This document shows positions 1 through 9,212 of a DNA stretch of 64,000 nt, piece by piece. Position 1 is the first letter of the stretch, and every line of letters begins with the position of its first letter. This stretch comes from Euryarchaeota archaeon UBA88 (GTDB taxonomy: Archaea; Thermoplasmatota; Poseidoniia; Poseidoniales; Poseidoniaceae). The position numbers were made by a program, and so were the translations under genes. The notes under the pieces are model-generated. The model did not search any database. It saw only the letters and a list, made by a program, of their open reading frames with translations, and was not told the DNA's origin. The stretch spans positions 5,684 through 69,683 of the forward strand of contig DAME01000028.1 in NCBI GenBank assembly GCA_002499545.1. The letters run 5' to 3'.

Positions 1-1
1 G

Positions 2-442
2 AAATTCTATGTTGATACTCGTAAGCAGACTGGCGATGCTAAGGACAGCGTAGCCATCACTGCTCGTGCGCTTGAAGCCCTTGCTCGTCTTGCCGAAGCC
101 AGCGCTCGCATTCGCTTGTCACAAGTTGCAACTCTCGAAGATGCCGAACGAGCAGTTCGCATGACGCGACTGTGGCGGGAAGAACTCATGGGTGGTAATT
201 TCGATGAAACCACCTTGCAAACTGGAAAGAAAAGTACGGTTCGAAACCGAGAAAAAGCAATTATGGAAATTGTGGCGTCACTTTCTGCCAACAACGGTGG
301 AATCGCTCAACTTCTTGAGGTCTTTAATGAGGCAGAGCGTTATGATATTGACCGTTCAACCGCTGAAGACGTGATCGATAAATTATGTCAAACCGGGCGT
401 ATGCTGCGACCATCCGGATACGACACACTGCAAATTGCATGA
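2..442 (+). CDS. mcm: MCM replicative helicase, C-terminal fragment (5' end lies outside the window)
   Basis: The frame is open from nt 2; the ORF track lists it only from an internal Met at 116. The translation ...DSVAITARALEALARLAEASARIRLSQVATLEDAERAVRMT... matches the conserved helix after the AAA+ module of archaeal MCM. A short winged-helix-like tail follows, with the stop at 440-442. Confidence 0.75.
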   Translation, partial: KFYVDTRKQTGDAKDSVAITARALEALARLAEASARIRLSQVATLEDAERAVRMTRLWREELMGGNFDETTLQTGKKSTVRNREKAIMEIVASLSANNGGIAQLLEVFNEAERYDIDRSTAEDVIDKLCQTGRMLRPSGYDTLQIA

Positions 443-499
443 GCCTTTGTGACGGCTTTCAAGGGTTGCAGTCTTGAATGAGGAACTCCTCCGCAGAAC

Positions 500-2530
500 A
501 TGGCCGAGCCGATTGACACTGAGCCAGTAGGCGATGTTGCGGATGCCAGCGCCTTGAATCCAGAATCACTGGGATTCATGTGCGGTATCGAAGTCCATCA
601 GCAGTTGGCAACCGGAAAACTCCATTCCCGTCAGCCCGGGAACCTGTATGATGTGACCATCGACACCGTTCCTGATGAGTGGAAGCGATTCAACCGCCGC
701 TTACGAGCGGCTCGTGGCGAAGGCGGTGCCATCGATGTTGCTGCACGTTTTGAGTCGCGAAGAAACCGCTCGTTTGTCTACATTCAATCACCCAATGCGG
801 GTTTGATTGAGTTGGACGAGCAGCCGCCCTTGACACATGACGACGATGCGGTATCCATAGCACTCACCGTTTCGGCATTGCTCAACGCAAAGCCCGTTTC
901 ACTGCTTCAAACCATGCGCAAAACGGTGGTCGATGGTTCGAATACCAGCGGTTTTCAACGAACTTCGCTGATTTCTGTCGACGGAATCCTCCAAACAGAA
1001 ACCGGTCCGGTAGGCGTCGATGTCCTCTGTTTGGAAGAAGACAGTGCTCGTAAACTTGACACATTGAACACGGGTGATGGCGAACAAGTCATCTACAATC
1101 TCGACCGATTGGGCCTCCCGCTTATCGAGATCGCCACGGCACCAGACATCATCTCGCCCGAGCACGCAAAGGAAACTTCGATCGCTCTTGGCCGATGCTT
1201 GCGTCAAACCCGACGGGTGCGACGGGGTTTGGGAAGCATTCGTCAAGACCTCAACGTATCGCTCGCATGCGGCGACCGAGTTGAAATCAAAGGATGCCAG
1301 GACTTGTCTTGGATTCCTCGAATTATACGATTAGAGATGAGCCGTCAGCTTCACTTTTACCGCCTTGCTAACGAACTTCGTTCATCGCTTTCGCTACCGC
1401 TTTTACCCCCCGACCGTCGCAGTGACGATGCGATGGTCGAACGAAGCGTTCGAGACGCCGTTGAAAGTCATCTGCCCTTGAATTTGGATGACGTAAGCGT
1501 ATGCTTCAGCGTGTGTGATTCTAAGATGGTTCAGACAGGGTTTGGTAAAGGTTCAGTCATGCTCGCTCTTCCACTACCAGAACTTGCAGGACGATTTGGT
1601 ACCAAAGCAATGGACAGTGAAGATTCCCAACTCCCTCGCTTGGGTCGGGAGTTAGCTGGTGCTGCAAAACTCGCTGGCGTCAAGGGTGTCTTTCATTCAG
1701 ATGAACTACCAGCGTATGGGATTGAGTCAGAGCATGTTGCCGCAGTCAGGCAACACCTTTCGCTATCAGAATCTGACGGCTTCGTTCTTTGTCTTGCTCC
1801 ACAATGGCAAGCCGAACTGGCACTGGAAAGCGTCCTTACCCGGTGCCGCCTTGCATGGCATCGAATTCCACAAGAAGTTCGTAACGTCGTGGTGAAGAAA
1901 GGTGCTCCAGAAGACGGAACCACTGCACCCATGCGCCCACTTCCCGGCGGCGCTCGCATGTATCCGGAAACCGATGTACCAGTCCTCACAATCGACCACC
2001 AACGCTGGCAACAGACGCTTGAGAATCTGCCGATGAGTGATGAAGAGCGCAAGCAGCGATTGTCTGATTACGAAGTTTCAGATGACCAAGCACGGCAACT
2101 TCTCGCCAGGGAATTGGACGATACATTCGTCGACCGTGCAAGCCAGTTACCTCACAAAGGTTGGGCGAGTGTTCTTCTTGAAAACGATGAAGCCAACCCT
2201 GACTTGTGCGCCAACGTGCTGGCAGTCAAAGAGGCGGGTCTCATCACCCGTGAATCAATTAACGACATCATCGCTCACTTTGCAGGAATGCTCCCCAGAA
2301 GCGATGAGATTGCTGCATTTGGAGAAGCAAACGGGTTCAAGCCCGCTGATGAAGGTGATTTGGGGGCGATTATCGACGGCATTGTCGCAGAACGAGCAGA
2401 CTTTGTTCGTGAACGAAAGATGGGTGCAATGGGCCCGCTGATGGGCGTGGTAATGCAGGCAGTAGGTGCCGCAGACGGCAAGGTCGTGAGCGCTCTTCTT
2501 CGTGAAGCCATACAGAAAATTTCGGAGTGA
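500..2530 (+). CDS. gatE: Glutamyl-tRNA(Gln) amidotransferase subunit E (archaeal GatE)
   Basis: 676 aa. The N-terminus has GIEVHQQL...GKL typical of the GatB/GatE family. The size and the insertion domain fit GatE rather than GatB. The C-terminal GatB/YqeY-like tail reads ...GAMGPLMGVVMQ.... Confidence 0.85.
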   Translation: MAEPIDTEPVGDVADASALNPESLGFMCGIEVHQQLATGKLHSRQPGNLYDVTIDTVPDEWKRFNRRLRAARGEGGAIDVAARFESRRNRSFVYIQSPNAGLIELDEQPPLTHDDDAVSIALTVSALLNAKPVSLLQTMRKTVVDGSNTSGFQRTSLISVDGILQTETGPVGVDVLCLEEDSARKLDTLNTGDGEQVIYNLDRLGLPLIEIATAPDIISPEHAKETSIALGRCLRQTRRVRRGLGSIRQDLNVSLACGDRVEIKGCQDLSWIPRIIRLEMSRQLHFYRLANELRSSLSLPLLPPDRRSDDAMVERSVRDAVESHLPLNLDDVSVCFSVCDSKMVQTGFGKGSVMLALPLPELAGRFGTKAMDSEDSQLPRLGRELAGAAKLAGVKGVFHSDELPAYGIESEHVAAVRQHLSLSESDGFVLCLAPQWQAELALESVLTRCRLAWHRIPQEVRNVVVKKGAPEDGTTAPMRPLPGGARMYPETDVPVLTIDHQRWQQTLENLPMSDEERKQRLSDYEVSDDQARQLLARELDDTFVDRASQLPHKGWASVLLENDEANPDLCANVLAVKEAGLITRESINDIIAHFAGMLPRSDEIAAFGEANGFKPADEGDLGAIIDGIVAERADFVRERKMGAMGPLMGVVMQAVGAADGKVVSALLREAIQKISE

Positions 2531-2535
2531 ACCTC

Positions 2536-4290
2536 ATGCTACGACGCACTGTTGCGTTTCTGTGTCTTGCAATCGTCGCACTTCCGCTGGTGGTTGCAGA
2601 AGAACCCCATTCAGACTGGAATGCTGCGCATGAATTCGTGTGGGAGCACGACTTTGGTGGCACATACATCTCTACAGCGCCTGTTTTCCTCGATGAGCGT
2701 CTTCTGGTTCGAACATCTGGCGGTGGTCAAGCTGCTGTTTCGTCGTTCGATTTTTCCGGTAATCTCGTCTGGTCTCACGCCAATCCGAATTCCAATAATC
2801 ACGACATGTCACCGTTGAAACTGGTACGGCAAGGACAGGGTGCGTGCGGCAGTTGGGACGAACTGGTCCTTGTTGGATGGACGGACGGAACCGTCGATGC
2901 ACTTGATGCTATGACTGGATCGTTGGTCTGGTCCAATTATCTCAATTCCTCTGCGTGGGGCGTCACTGGTCATATCGCCATCGATGGAGAGTTCGCCGTT
3001 GTCTCAAGTTCGCTTGGTGTAGGTAAATACTGTCTTGCCGATGGCGAGGAACAGTGGTGGGTTCCGACCGGTTTTGGTTGGAGAAATGGAGTCTCTGTGC
3101 ATTCGTTCGGATATGCACTTGGCGATGAAGCAGGTAACCTTTGGACCGTTGCTCGAAATGGCTCAACCAACTCATATCAACTCGATTCAGGAAAAATACG
3201 TCACGCACCAATCATGACCGAAGCAGGACTGTTCATTCATTCACAATTGCCCCAGTCAAGTACAATTCTCGTTCTCGATCCGACCAACTTTGAAGTGATT
3301 CAGAACTTTACTTCTGGACCTTCCCCGGCGGTTCCAACGGCAGATGGTACAATGGTTCTCACCGGTGATTCTTCTGCAGTACAATTGTTTGAATGCCGCC
3401 AATCATGTGAATTAATAGGAAGCGTACCCTTTCGAACCAATGGTGAACTTGGGAGTATCGGTTCTGCAACCTACATGGCGGCAATGAACGCTCCTAACGC
3501 CGAGTGGGGCGTGTTCACTTTGAACCAGAATCGCACGTTCGCTGTAGAATCTGTGGACCTCGGACTTTACGGCTACGGTACGGCTGGGCCAGGGTTCATG
3601 CAACAGAATTCGACCAACTTTTTGGCAGTAGGGAACGATGGGGGAGTCGTACGCTTTTTCCGCAGTTTAGGATTTAACGCAGAGGTTGACGGAGATACGG
3701 AAGTTAGCGAAGTGTCGGAGGTCACAGAGGTTACTGAAGTCGCTGAAATCGTCGAGCAAGCCGCCATCGAATCAATCGATTGGAGAGCGCAAGGTTTTGT
3801 CTTCATTCTGTACGTGCTTTTGGGTTCAATTGGGGTTCAATTTTTACGTGGCAGCACGGAATGGCTTCTTCGTACAAGCAGTCTATTTTTCCTGGTTCTG
3901 CTGTTGATGGTTCTGCCTGATTTATCAGCACACTGGTCTGAAGTTGTCAGTGAACGTTTGCCTTCTGAATCGGTCGATGAGGAATGGAATGCATCATGGC
4001 CTGATGAATGGTTGGATACCCAAATTGTAATTTTCGAATTTGAAGATGGACATCGGGCTGTTGGCGGGCTACAGGGGTCGGAAAACGTGTACCAGCTCAC
4101 ACAAGCAGCCTGTCGTTCTCTCGGAATCGACTACGGGTTTGAAGAAACCGGGCTGGGGATATACATTGAATCTTTTGACGGTCTTGAAGCAAACGGTTGG
4201 GAATACGCTATTGACGGTTCCCCTGGCGTTCGTTCGGTCGATTCGACCGCAGTTGAGGCTGCGTCGATTGTTCGCTGGTCTCCTGCATAA
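2536..4290 (+). CDS. Secreted/membrane protein: signal peptide, PQQ-like beta-propeller repeats, TM segments, C-terminal DUF4430-like domain
   Basis: ATG at 2536 gives MLRRTVAFLCLAIVALPLVVAEE (signal peptide), with GGAG about 8 nt upstream. Recurring ...G(N/S)LVWS... motifs are typical of PQQ-type propeller blades. Hydrophobic helices fall around aa 425-470. The C-terminal ...GIYIESFDGLEANGWEYAIDGSPG...IVRW resembles DUF4430 (transcobalamin-like fold). Confidence 0.6.
   Translation: MLRRTVAFLCLAIVALPLVVAEEPHSDWNAAHEFVWEHDFGGTYISTAPVFLDERLLVRTSGGGQAAVSSFDFSGNLVWSHANPNSNNHDMSPLKLVRQGQGACGSWDELVLVGWTDGTVDALDAMTGSLVWSNYLNSSAWGVTGHIAIDGEFAVVSSSLGVGKYCLADGEEQWWVPTGFGWRNGVSVHSFGYALGDEAGNLWTVARNGSTNSYQLDSGKIRHAPIMTEAGLFIHSQLPQSSTILVLDPTNFEVIQNFTSGPSPAVPTADGTMVLTGDSSAVQLFECRQSCELIGSVPFRTNGELGSIGSATYMAAMNAPNAEWGVFTLNQNRTFAVESVDLGLYGYGTAGPGFMQQNSTNFLAVGNDGGVVRFFRSLGFNAEVDGDTEVSEVSEVTEVTEVAEIVEQAAIESIDWRAQGFVFILYVLLGSIGVQFLRGSTEWLLRTSSLFFLVLLLMVLPDLSAHWSEVVSERLPSESVDEEWNASWPDEWLDTQIVIFEFEDGHRAVGGLQGSENVYQLTQAACRSLGIDYGFEETGLGIYIESFDGLEANGWEYAIDGSPGVRSVDSTAVEAASIVRWSPA
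3700..3756 (+). repeat. In-frame 9-nt periodic tract encoding (E-V-S/T/A)n
   Basis: gaagttagc gaagtgtcg gaggtcaca gaggttact gaagtcgct gaaatcgtc gag translates to EVSEVSEVTEVTEVAEIVE. It lies between the propeller and the TM region of the 2536-4290 CDS. Confidence 0.8.
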
Positions 4291-4331
4291 TAGAGGCAAG
4301 CCTCAAATCATCCCCCATGTTAGGGTGAGAT

Positions 4332-4991
4332 ATGTTCCAAGCGATGGGCACTCACGGCCCGAATCTTTCGCCACAAGCGAGTTTAGTTTTGGATCTCCTG
4401 TTAGTCGCCACAGCGTTTCTTTTGTTGGCCCGTCCAGTGAAGCGTCCTTTGAATGAAGTTTTGTTCATGGCAACGCTTGTCATCGGTGTATCGCTCATCC
4501 GAGTCGTTATGGCGCCGTTGCCGAATGTACAACCCGTCACCGTTGCAACTCTTCTGGTAGGCGCACAACTCGGGGCACGGCGAGGTGCTGCGTTTGCAGT
4601 CTTGGTTGCCATGCTTTCCAATGCTTTTTTGGGCGATGGTTGGTGGACAATTTTCCAAGCAGCAGCTTGGGCGAGCATCGCAGTTCTTGGCGCAAATCTC
4701 CGACTTCTTGTCGATTCGAAATTGCACATGGGCCGAGCGATTGCAGCATCGTTATTCGCAGCAGTGTGGTTTGATGTCCTTGTATCGTTCTCCATTTTAG
4801 ATGGCACTATTGGCGTGCGTGAGTTCATGACCTACCTGGTGAACGGCATTCCGTTCGACCTGCTTCACATGCTCGGGAATTTGACGTTCGTTGTGTGGGC
4901 CGGTGCTTGGTTTACGGGTATTCTTGAACAAGAGCCAGAGGCCAATGATCTTGAATTCACGGTGGTGAATACCCATGCCATCGATGGTTGA
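4332..4991 (+). CDS. Polytopic membrane protein, ECF-transporter S-component-like (DUF6580-like)
   Basis: 219 aa with 5-6 predicted TM helices. The segment ...LPNVQPVTVATLLVGAQLGARRGAAFAVLVAMLSNAFLGDGWWTIFQAAAW... resembles substrate-capture components of ECF transporters. It sits immediately downstream of the DUF4430-like protein. Confidence 0.5.
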   Translation: MFQAMGTHGPNLSPQASLVLDLLLVATAFLLLARPVKRPLNEVLFMATLVIGVSLIRVVMAPLPNVQPVTVATLLVGAQLGARRGAAFAVLVAMLSNAFLGDGWWTIFQAAAWASIAVLGANLRLLVDSKLHMGRAIAASLFAAVWFDVLVSFSILDGTIGVREFMTYLVNGIPFDLLHMLGNLTFVVWAGAWFTGILEQEPEANDLEFTVVNTHAIDG

Positions 4992-5343
4992 AGAACCAAC
5001 AATGGTTCTTCTCGCCCGCCACGATTTGAAGTTGTCAGCGGGTAAACTGGCGGTGCAATGTTCTCATGCAGCCGTCTCATGCACGCTCCGTGCCCGTAAG
5101 TCACATGCCCGTTTAGTCGAGCGATGGATGAATGGGGGTGGGAGGAAGATTTGTCTCAAAGTTGACGACCTTGAATCTCTTCAACGCTTTGCTGGGCAAG
5201 CACAAGCCGCAGGTTTGGTGACTTACTTGGTCAAAGATGCCGGGCATACCGAGATTCCAGCTGGAACCGTTACAGTACTCGGTATTGGCCCAGCACCTCG
5301 ACGAACTATTGACGCACTGGTGTCTGAACTGAAACCGTATTGA
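4975..5343 (+). CDS. pth2: Peptidyl-tRNA hydrolase, archaeal/eukaryotic Pth2 type (copy 1)
   Basis: 122 aa. The motifs ...MVLLARHDLKLSAGKLAVQCSHAAV...KICLKV...DAGHTEIPAGTVTVLGIGPAP... are the Pth2 signature. Confidence 0.85.
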   Translation: MPSMVEEPTMVLLARHDLKLSAGKLAVQCSHAAVSCTLRARKSHARLVERWMNGGGRKICLKVDDLESLQRFAGQAQAAGLVTYLVKDAGHTEIPAGTVTVLGIGPAPRRTIDALVSELKPY

Positions 5344-5352
5344 GGCGAGAGA

Positions 5353-5769
5353 ATGGGTCTACGTTCATTTCTGCATAGACTCACCGCCCCCCCTCCGTCA
5401 GGCGTTCAACCTAACGGTCCGTGTAAAATGGTCCTCGTCGTCAATCACAGTCTCAAGATGGGCAAGGGTAAAATTGCGGCTCAAGTGGGTCACGGGGCGG
5501 TCATGGCGACGATGAAATCCGGTTCAAAACAACCTGCTCATCTTGAGACTTGGCTCGGGCAGGGACAAAAGAAAGTATGCGTTAAAGGCAACGATGACGA
5601 GCACCTTTTAGCAATCGAAAAGGTTGCACAAGAAGCCGGAATCCTCACCACGTTGGTGCACGATGCCGGACACACACAAATCCCAAGTGGCTCGCTTACC
5701 GTGGTTGCTCTGGGCCCCGATACAAGTTCCAAACTCGAGTCGATAACGGGTGAATTGAAACTTCTCTAA
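5353..5769 (+). CDS. pth2: Peptidyl-tRNA hydrolase, Pth2 type (copy 2, with an N-terminal extension)
   Basis: 138 aa. The motifs ...KMVLVVNHSLKMGKGKIAAQVGHGAV...KKVCVKG...DAGHTQIPSGSLTVVALGP... are closer to the Pth2 consensus than copy 1. Confidence 0.85.
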   Translation: MGLRSFLHRLTAPPPSGVQPNGPCKMVLVVNHSLKMGKGKIAAQVGHGAVMATMKSGSKQPAHLETWLGQGQKKVCVKGNDDEHLLAIEKVAQEAGILTTLVHDAGHTQIPSGSLTVVALGPDTSSKLESITGELKLL

Positions 5770-5811
5770 TTCCGCCATTGGTTTGATGAAGAAAGACGGT
5801 TTGCGATTGCT

Positions 5812-6852
5812 ATGCGTGACTATTCCTCTGACCGTATCGACCTTCGCTCGGACACCGTAACACAACCTACGCCGGCGATGCGCGATGCAATGCATCACGC
5901 CCGTGTTGGCGATGATGTGCTTGGAGACGACCCTACCGTGACTGAACTGGAACAACGTATTGCAGCGTTATGCGGGAAAGAAGCAGGACTCTTTGTACCG
6001 TCAGGAACGATGTCAAATGCAATTGCTCTTCGAACACACACTTCTCCGGGCGACGAAATCATTACCGCAGTGAACAGCCATATTTACGTCTATGAGGGGG
6101 GCGGATACGCAGCATTGTGTGGCGCTTCGATTGCATTAGTTAATGTCGAAGGAGGTTTGATGAACGCTCCCGATGTTGAAAAAGCAATACGAAAGCAAGC
6201 GGGGTCTCTTTCTCACTATCCAGATGGTTCGCTGGTATGCGTCGAAAACACATCCAACAGGGGCGGTGGTGCATGTTACCCACAAGCGACGCTTGATGCT
6301 ATTGCGGCTGTGGCAAAGGCCAACGACTGTGCAGTGCACATGGACGGCGCCCGTATCTTCAACGCTGTTATCGCAACAGGTGTTCCTCTTGACCGAATGG
6401 TCAGAGACTACGATTCAATTTCCATTTGCCTATCGAAAAGTCTTGGAGCACCCATTGGCTCAGTGCTGGTTGGCTCCAAGGCGTTCATTGCACGCGCCCA
6501 TCGATGGCGTAAGATGTTCGGGGGAGGGATGCGTCAATCAGGAATGATCGCATCTGCTGGACTGTATGCACTTGACCACAACATCGAACGACTGAGTGAT
6601 GACCACCAAAGAACCATGACATTGGCTAATGCAATCAACTCCACTGACGGCTTTTCTGTTGACATGGATACCGTTGAAACAAACATGATTTATTTCCATT
6701 CTGAAACCCCAGCTTCTGAGGTAATGGGCCATTTACAATCAAAGGGAATCGACGTTATGGACATTCAACCCAATACGTGTAGAATCGTTGTTCATCTGCA
6801 CATCACCGATGAAGACATTGCCCAAATCATCAACGTTTTTTCTGAAATGTAG
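5812..6852 (+). CDS. ltaE: Low-specificity L-threonine aldolase (PLP-dependent)
   Basis: 346 aa. The N-terminus has DLRSDTVTQPTPAMRDAM...GDDVLGDDPTV..LE. The SGTMSN motif is present. The PLP-lysine context is CLSKSLGAPIGSVLVGS. Confidence 0.85.
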   Translation: MRDYSSDRIDLRSDTVTQPTPAMRDAMHHARVGDDVLGDDPTVTELEQRIAALCGKEAGLFVPSGTMSNAIALRTHTSPGDEIITAVNSHIYVYEGGGYAALCGASIALVNVEGGLMNAPDVEKAIRKQAGSLSHYPDGSLVCVENTSNRGGGACYPQATLDAIAAVAKANDCAVHMDGARIFNAVIATGVPLDRMVRDYDSISICLSKSLGAPIGSVLVGSKAFIARAHRWRKMFGGGMRQSGMIASAGLYALDHNIERLSDDHQRTMTLANAINSTDGFSVDMDTVETNMIYFHSETPASEVMGHLQSKGIDVMDIQPNTCRIVVHLHITDEDIAQIINVFSEM

Positions 6853-6883
6853 TCGCTTAAGTACTCTTGAATTGTACCAAGAT

Positions 6884-9208
6884 ATGGCGGGCAAAGGCGA
6901 ACCTATTCACGCTTGCTCTGTATGTGACCGACTATGCTCGGTGAGCACTTGTGCACTGTGTACGTCCATTATTTCCGGCAAGAAAAACCGTTCATGGTCA
7001 CACCATATACGTGAAGAAATTCACGACCGCGCCCGGACCATGCTTGGCGAAGTCGGCCGAACTGCTCAGCAACGATGGAAACATATTCTGCATCACACCA
7101 CTCACAGCGAGGAAGTCACATGGGCTCACCTCCCGCAACACACGGATCCGGTTGTATCTCAACCCGGCTCCTCTGAGGAATTGAACCAAATCATTCAGTC
7201 GCTTTCCGACGGTGTACGCCTTACTGCACAACAACGGAACATGCTTCTCGATGGATTCACGCTCCACGATGGTTCCAGGGTCTCTTTTTCAAGTTCGAAA
7301 CTGATGGTTAACGGGCGAACAATGCCGTTTGAAGTCCCAGTTGTATCGTTTCTAACACTGTTGACATCCCCCAAAAAGCGTATTGGATGGGATTTGAGTA
7401 AACTGTTTTCAATTTTCGGAACTCTCAACCTGAACTACCAGCGTAAAGCAATGAACGATCGCCAGCGATTCGGTCGACCGCCTCGACTTCATCCACTGCA
7501 GAAGCCTGGCGCTGATGCTTTGTTCAATTGGATTCAGTGGATGGCTGAAGAACACTTGATTCCGCCCAAGCACTACACGCTCACCCCTATTGGAGCATGG
7601 GCGAGAGATATCAAGAACAGACTTTCATCCGGGCGTGGGAGAAACAAGTTCGACTCCTACATCGTCGATGCTTTCAAGCATCACCCGTCCAGCCTTCGCG
7701 CCCTCTCAGAATACCCGTGGATGAACCGGTGGGTGTCCTATGTTGGGACTACCCAAGATGCAACTGATCGGCCATGGCCGTTTGCTATCGAGGGCATGAA
7801 ATTGAAACTCAAAGTTCGCAGCGTCAACAACGCAGCGAGGAAAACACCCGTTCCTGTCGAACCCGGTGTTTGGGCGTTCTTACTTTCCAGTATCCTCTCT
7901 CCAATCACCAGTGATGAAGGTGAATTACTGTATGCTTTACAGTACAATTGGACTGCTCAAACGACTCAACTGCACGAGGTTCCTGCACCACTTCGCCGTT
8001 CTATCCAGTTTTTGAACGAAGTCATCGACGGAAATTCAAATCAAGTTCACATCCACAACAACCGCCTCCTCGTAGTCGGAAAACTCGGGCATTTCTATGA
8101 GGTCCGGGTTGGGAAAGGAGTCCATTCAGCGCCCTTCATCATCGAGGCCATACGTTCGCTCGAGCCGAGGAGGACCTATCCTCTCTGCATTCACTCAGGC
8201 ACATTCCACGCAACAGTCCCGCTCGGTGATACGATTGCTGCGGTGGTCCTGTCACTTGTTGATGACATCAATGTCGCAACATCAATCGACAGCCTGGCGC
8301 TTGAATTGCATTCAACTTCGCCGCTGGGATTCCCCCGTACACTTGAAGACGCCCACATACCGCTGCTCGATTCAACAAATCTTGCAGCCTTTGTTCAGCA
8401 TGCTGTTCGGCGACGTCAATCCATCACATGGCTCCCTCCCGAAATGCGTCGAGCAACCAATGCCCAGGCCCGACGACAGGGTAACTTCGCTCCGCTTTTC
8501 AACCGTCAGCATGAGTTCAACGCTCACCATCGTCACGACCTCGAACGTAGTGTGTTATCCCGCACTAATACTCTTGTACAGCATGCAATTGCAGCGAATC
8601 GTCCGCCACCTCTCCCGCAGTTCATTGAGATGTGGCACACTTCTCTGTCTTCTGATGAGGGGGGCTCCTCGGGAACAGGCCATGATGATCACCTCTACCA
8701 TCGAATTCATGGAAGGAATGAGTGGATGTTTTTGCGGAATTTTGCTGAAGCTGAGACCGTCCACCCAATCGGCGATGCGAGGGAAGGAGAACGGCGCTAT
8801 TGCGAACTCTTCCCTCTGCTGTGGGAAGCGATGATGCTTCATCCAGTCGGCTCGACACTTCGTATTTCGCAGCAGAACAATGGAGTGATTAATTTTCAAC
8901 ACTGCAATCTTTCGCTCACTGTGCGCAATCCACAAGAACGCAGAATAATGTGCCGATTTGCCACCCTCCTCGGTTATCGAGAACGAGAACCTGCTCAGGG
9001 TATGATGATTCTTGAGCGAAGAGGTGGTCCACGAAACAATGCAAGGAGAGATTTAACTCTCTTACTCAACCGCTCCCAAGGTAATCTTGGCGTCCGAGGC
9101 GCACCTCCATGGTGGTGGCACTATCGTGACGTGTGTCAAGCACCAGCCCAAGCCCCAGAGTTTCGATGGGAACTAGAGCAAGAATACCGCGACGATATTC
9201 GCCGCTGA
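6884..9208 (+). CDS. Hypothetical 774-aa protein with an N-terminal four-cysteine cluster; no recognisable catalytic motif
   Basis: A long ORF with uniform coding character. I place the start at ATG 6884 (MAGKGEPIHACSVCDRLCSVSTCALC), because the track start at 6788 would overlap the ltaE 3' end by 65 nt. The protein is rich in His, Arg and Trp. Confidence 0.6.
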   Translation: MAGKGEPIHACSVCDRLCSVSTCALCTSIISGKKNRSWSHHIREEIHDRARTMLGEVGRTAQQRWKHILHHTTHSEEVTWAHLPQHTDPVVSQPGSSEELNQIIQSLSDGVRLTAQQRNMLLDGFTLHDGSRVSFSSSKLMVNGRTMPFEVPVVSFLTLLTSPKKRIGWDLSKLFSIFGTLNLNYQRKAMNDRQRFGRPPRLHPLQKPGADALFNWIQWMAEEHLIPPKHYTLTPIGAWARDIKNRLSSGRGRNKFDSYIVDAFKHHPSSLRALSEYPWMNRWVSYVGTTQDATDRPWPFAIEGMKLKLKVRSVNNAARKTPVPVEPGVWAFLLSSILSPITSDEGELLYALQYNWTAQTTQLHEVPAPLRRSIQFLNEVIDGNSNQVHIHNNRLLVVGKLGHFYEVRVGKGVHSAPFIIEAIRSLEPRRTYPLCIHSGTFHATVPLGDTIAAVVLSLVDDINVATSIDSLALELHSTSPLGFPRTLEDAHIPLLDSTNLAAFVQHAVRRRQSITWLPPEMRRATNAQARRQGNFAPLFNRQHEFNAHHRHDLERSVLSRTNTLVQHAIAANRPPPLPQFIEMWHTSLSSDEGGSSGTGHDDHLYHRIHGRNEWMFLRNFAEAETVHPIGDAREGERRYCELFPLLWEAMMLHPVGSTLRISQQNNGVINFQHCNLSLTVRNPQERRIMCRFATLLGYREREPAQGMMILERRGGPRNNARRDLTLLLNRSQGNLGVRGAPPWWWHYRDVCQAPAQAPEFRWELEQEYRDDIRR

Positions 9209-9212
9209 GCAC

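Noticed and set aside
6788-6883. Upstream extension of the 774-aa ORF (track start at 6788)
   Set aside because: It would overlap the last 65 nt of ltaE in another frame. The ATG at 6884 gives the N-terminus that carries the four-cysteine cluster, although either start remains possible.
8097-8834. 245-aa alternative-frame ORF on the plus strand
   Set aside because: It is nested in another frame of the uninterrupted 774-aa ORF and has Arg/Ser/Leu-rich composition typical of off-frame translation.
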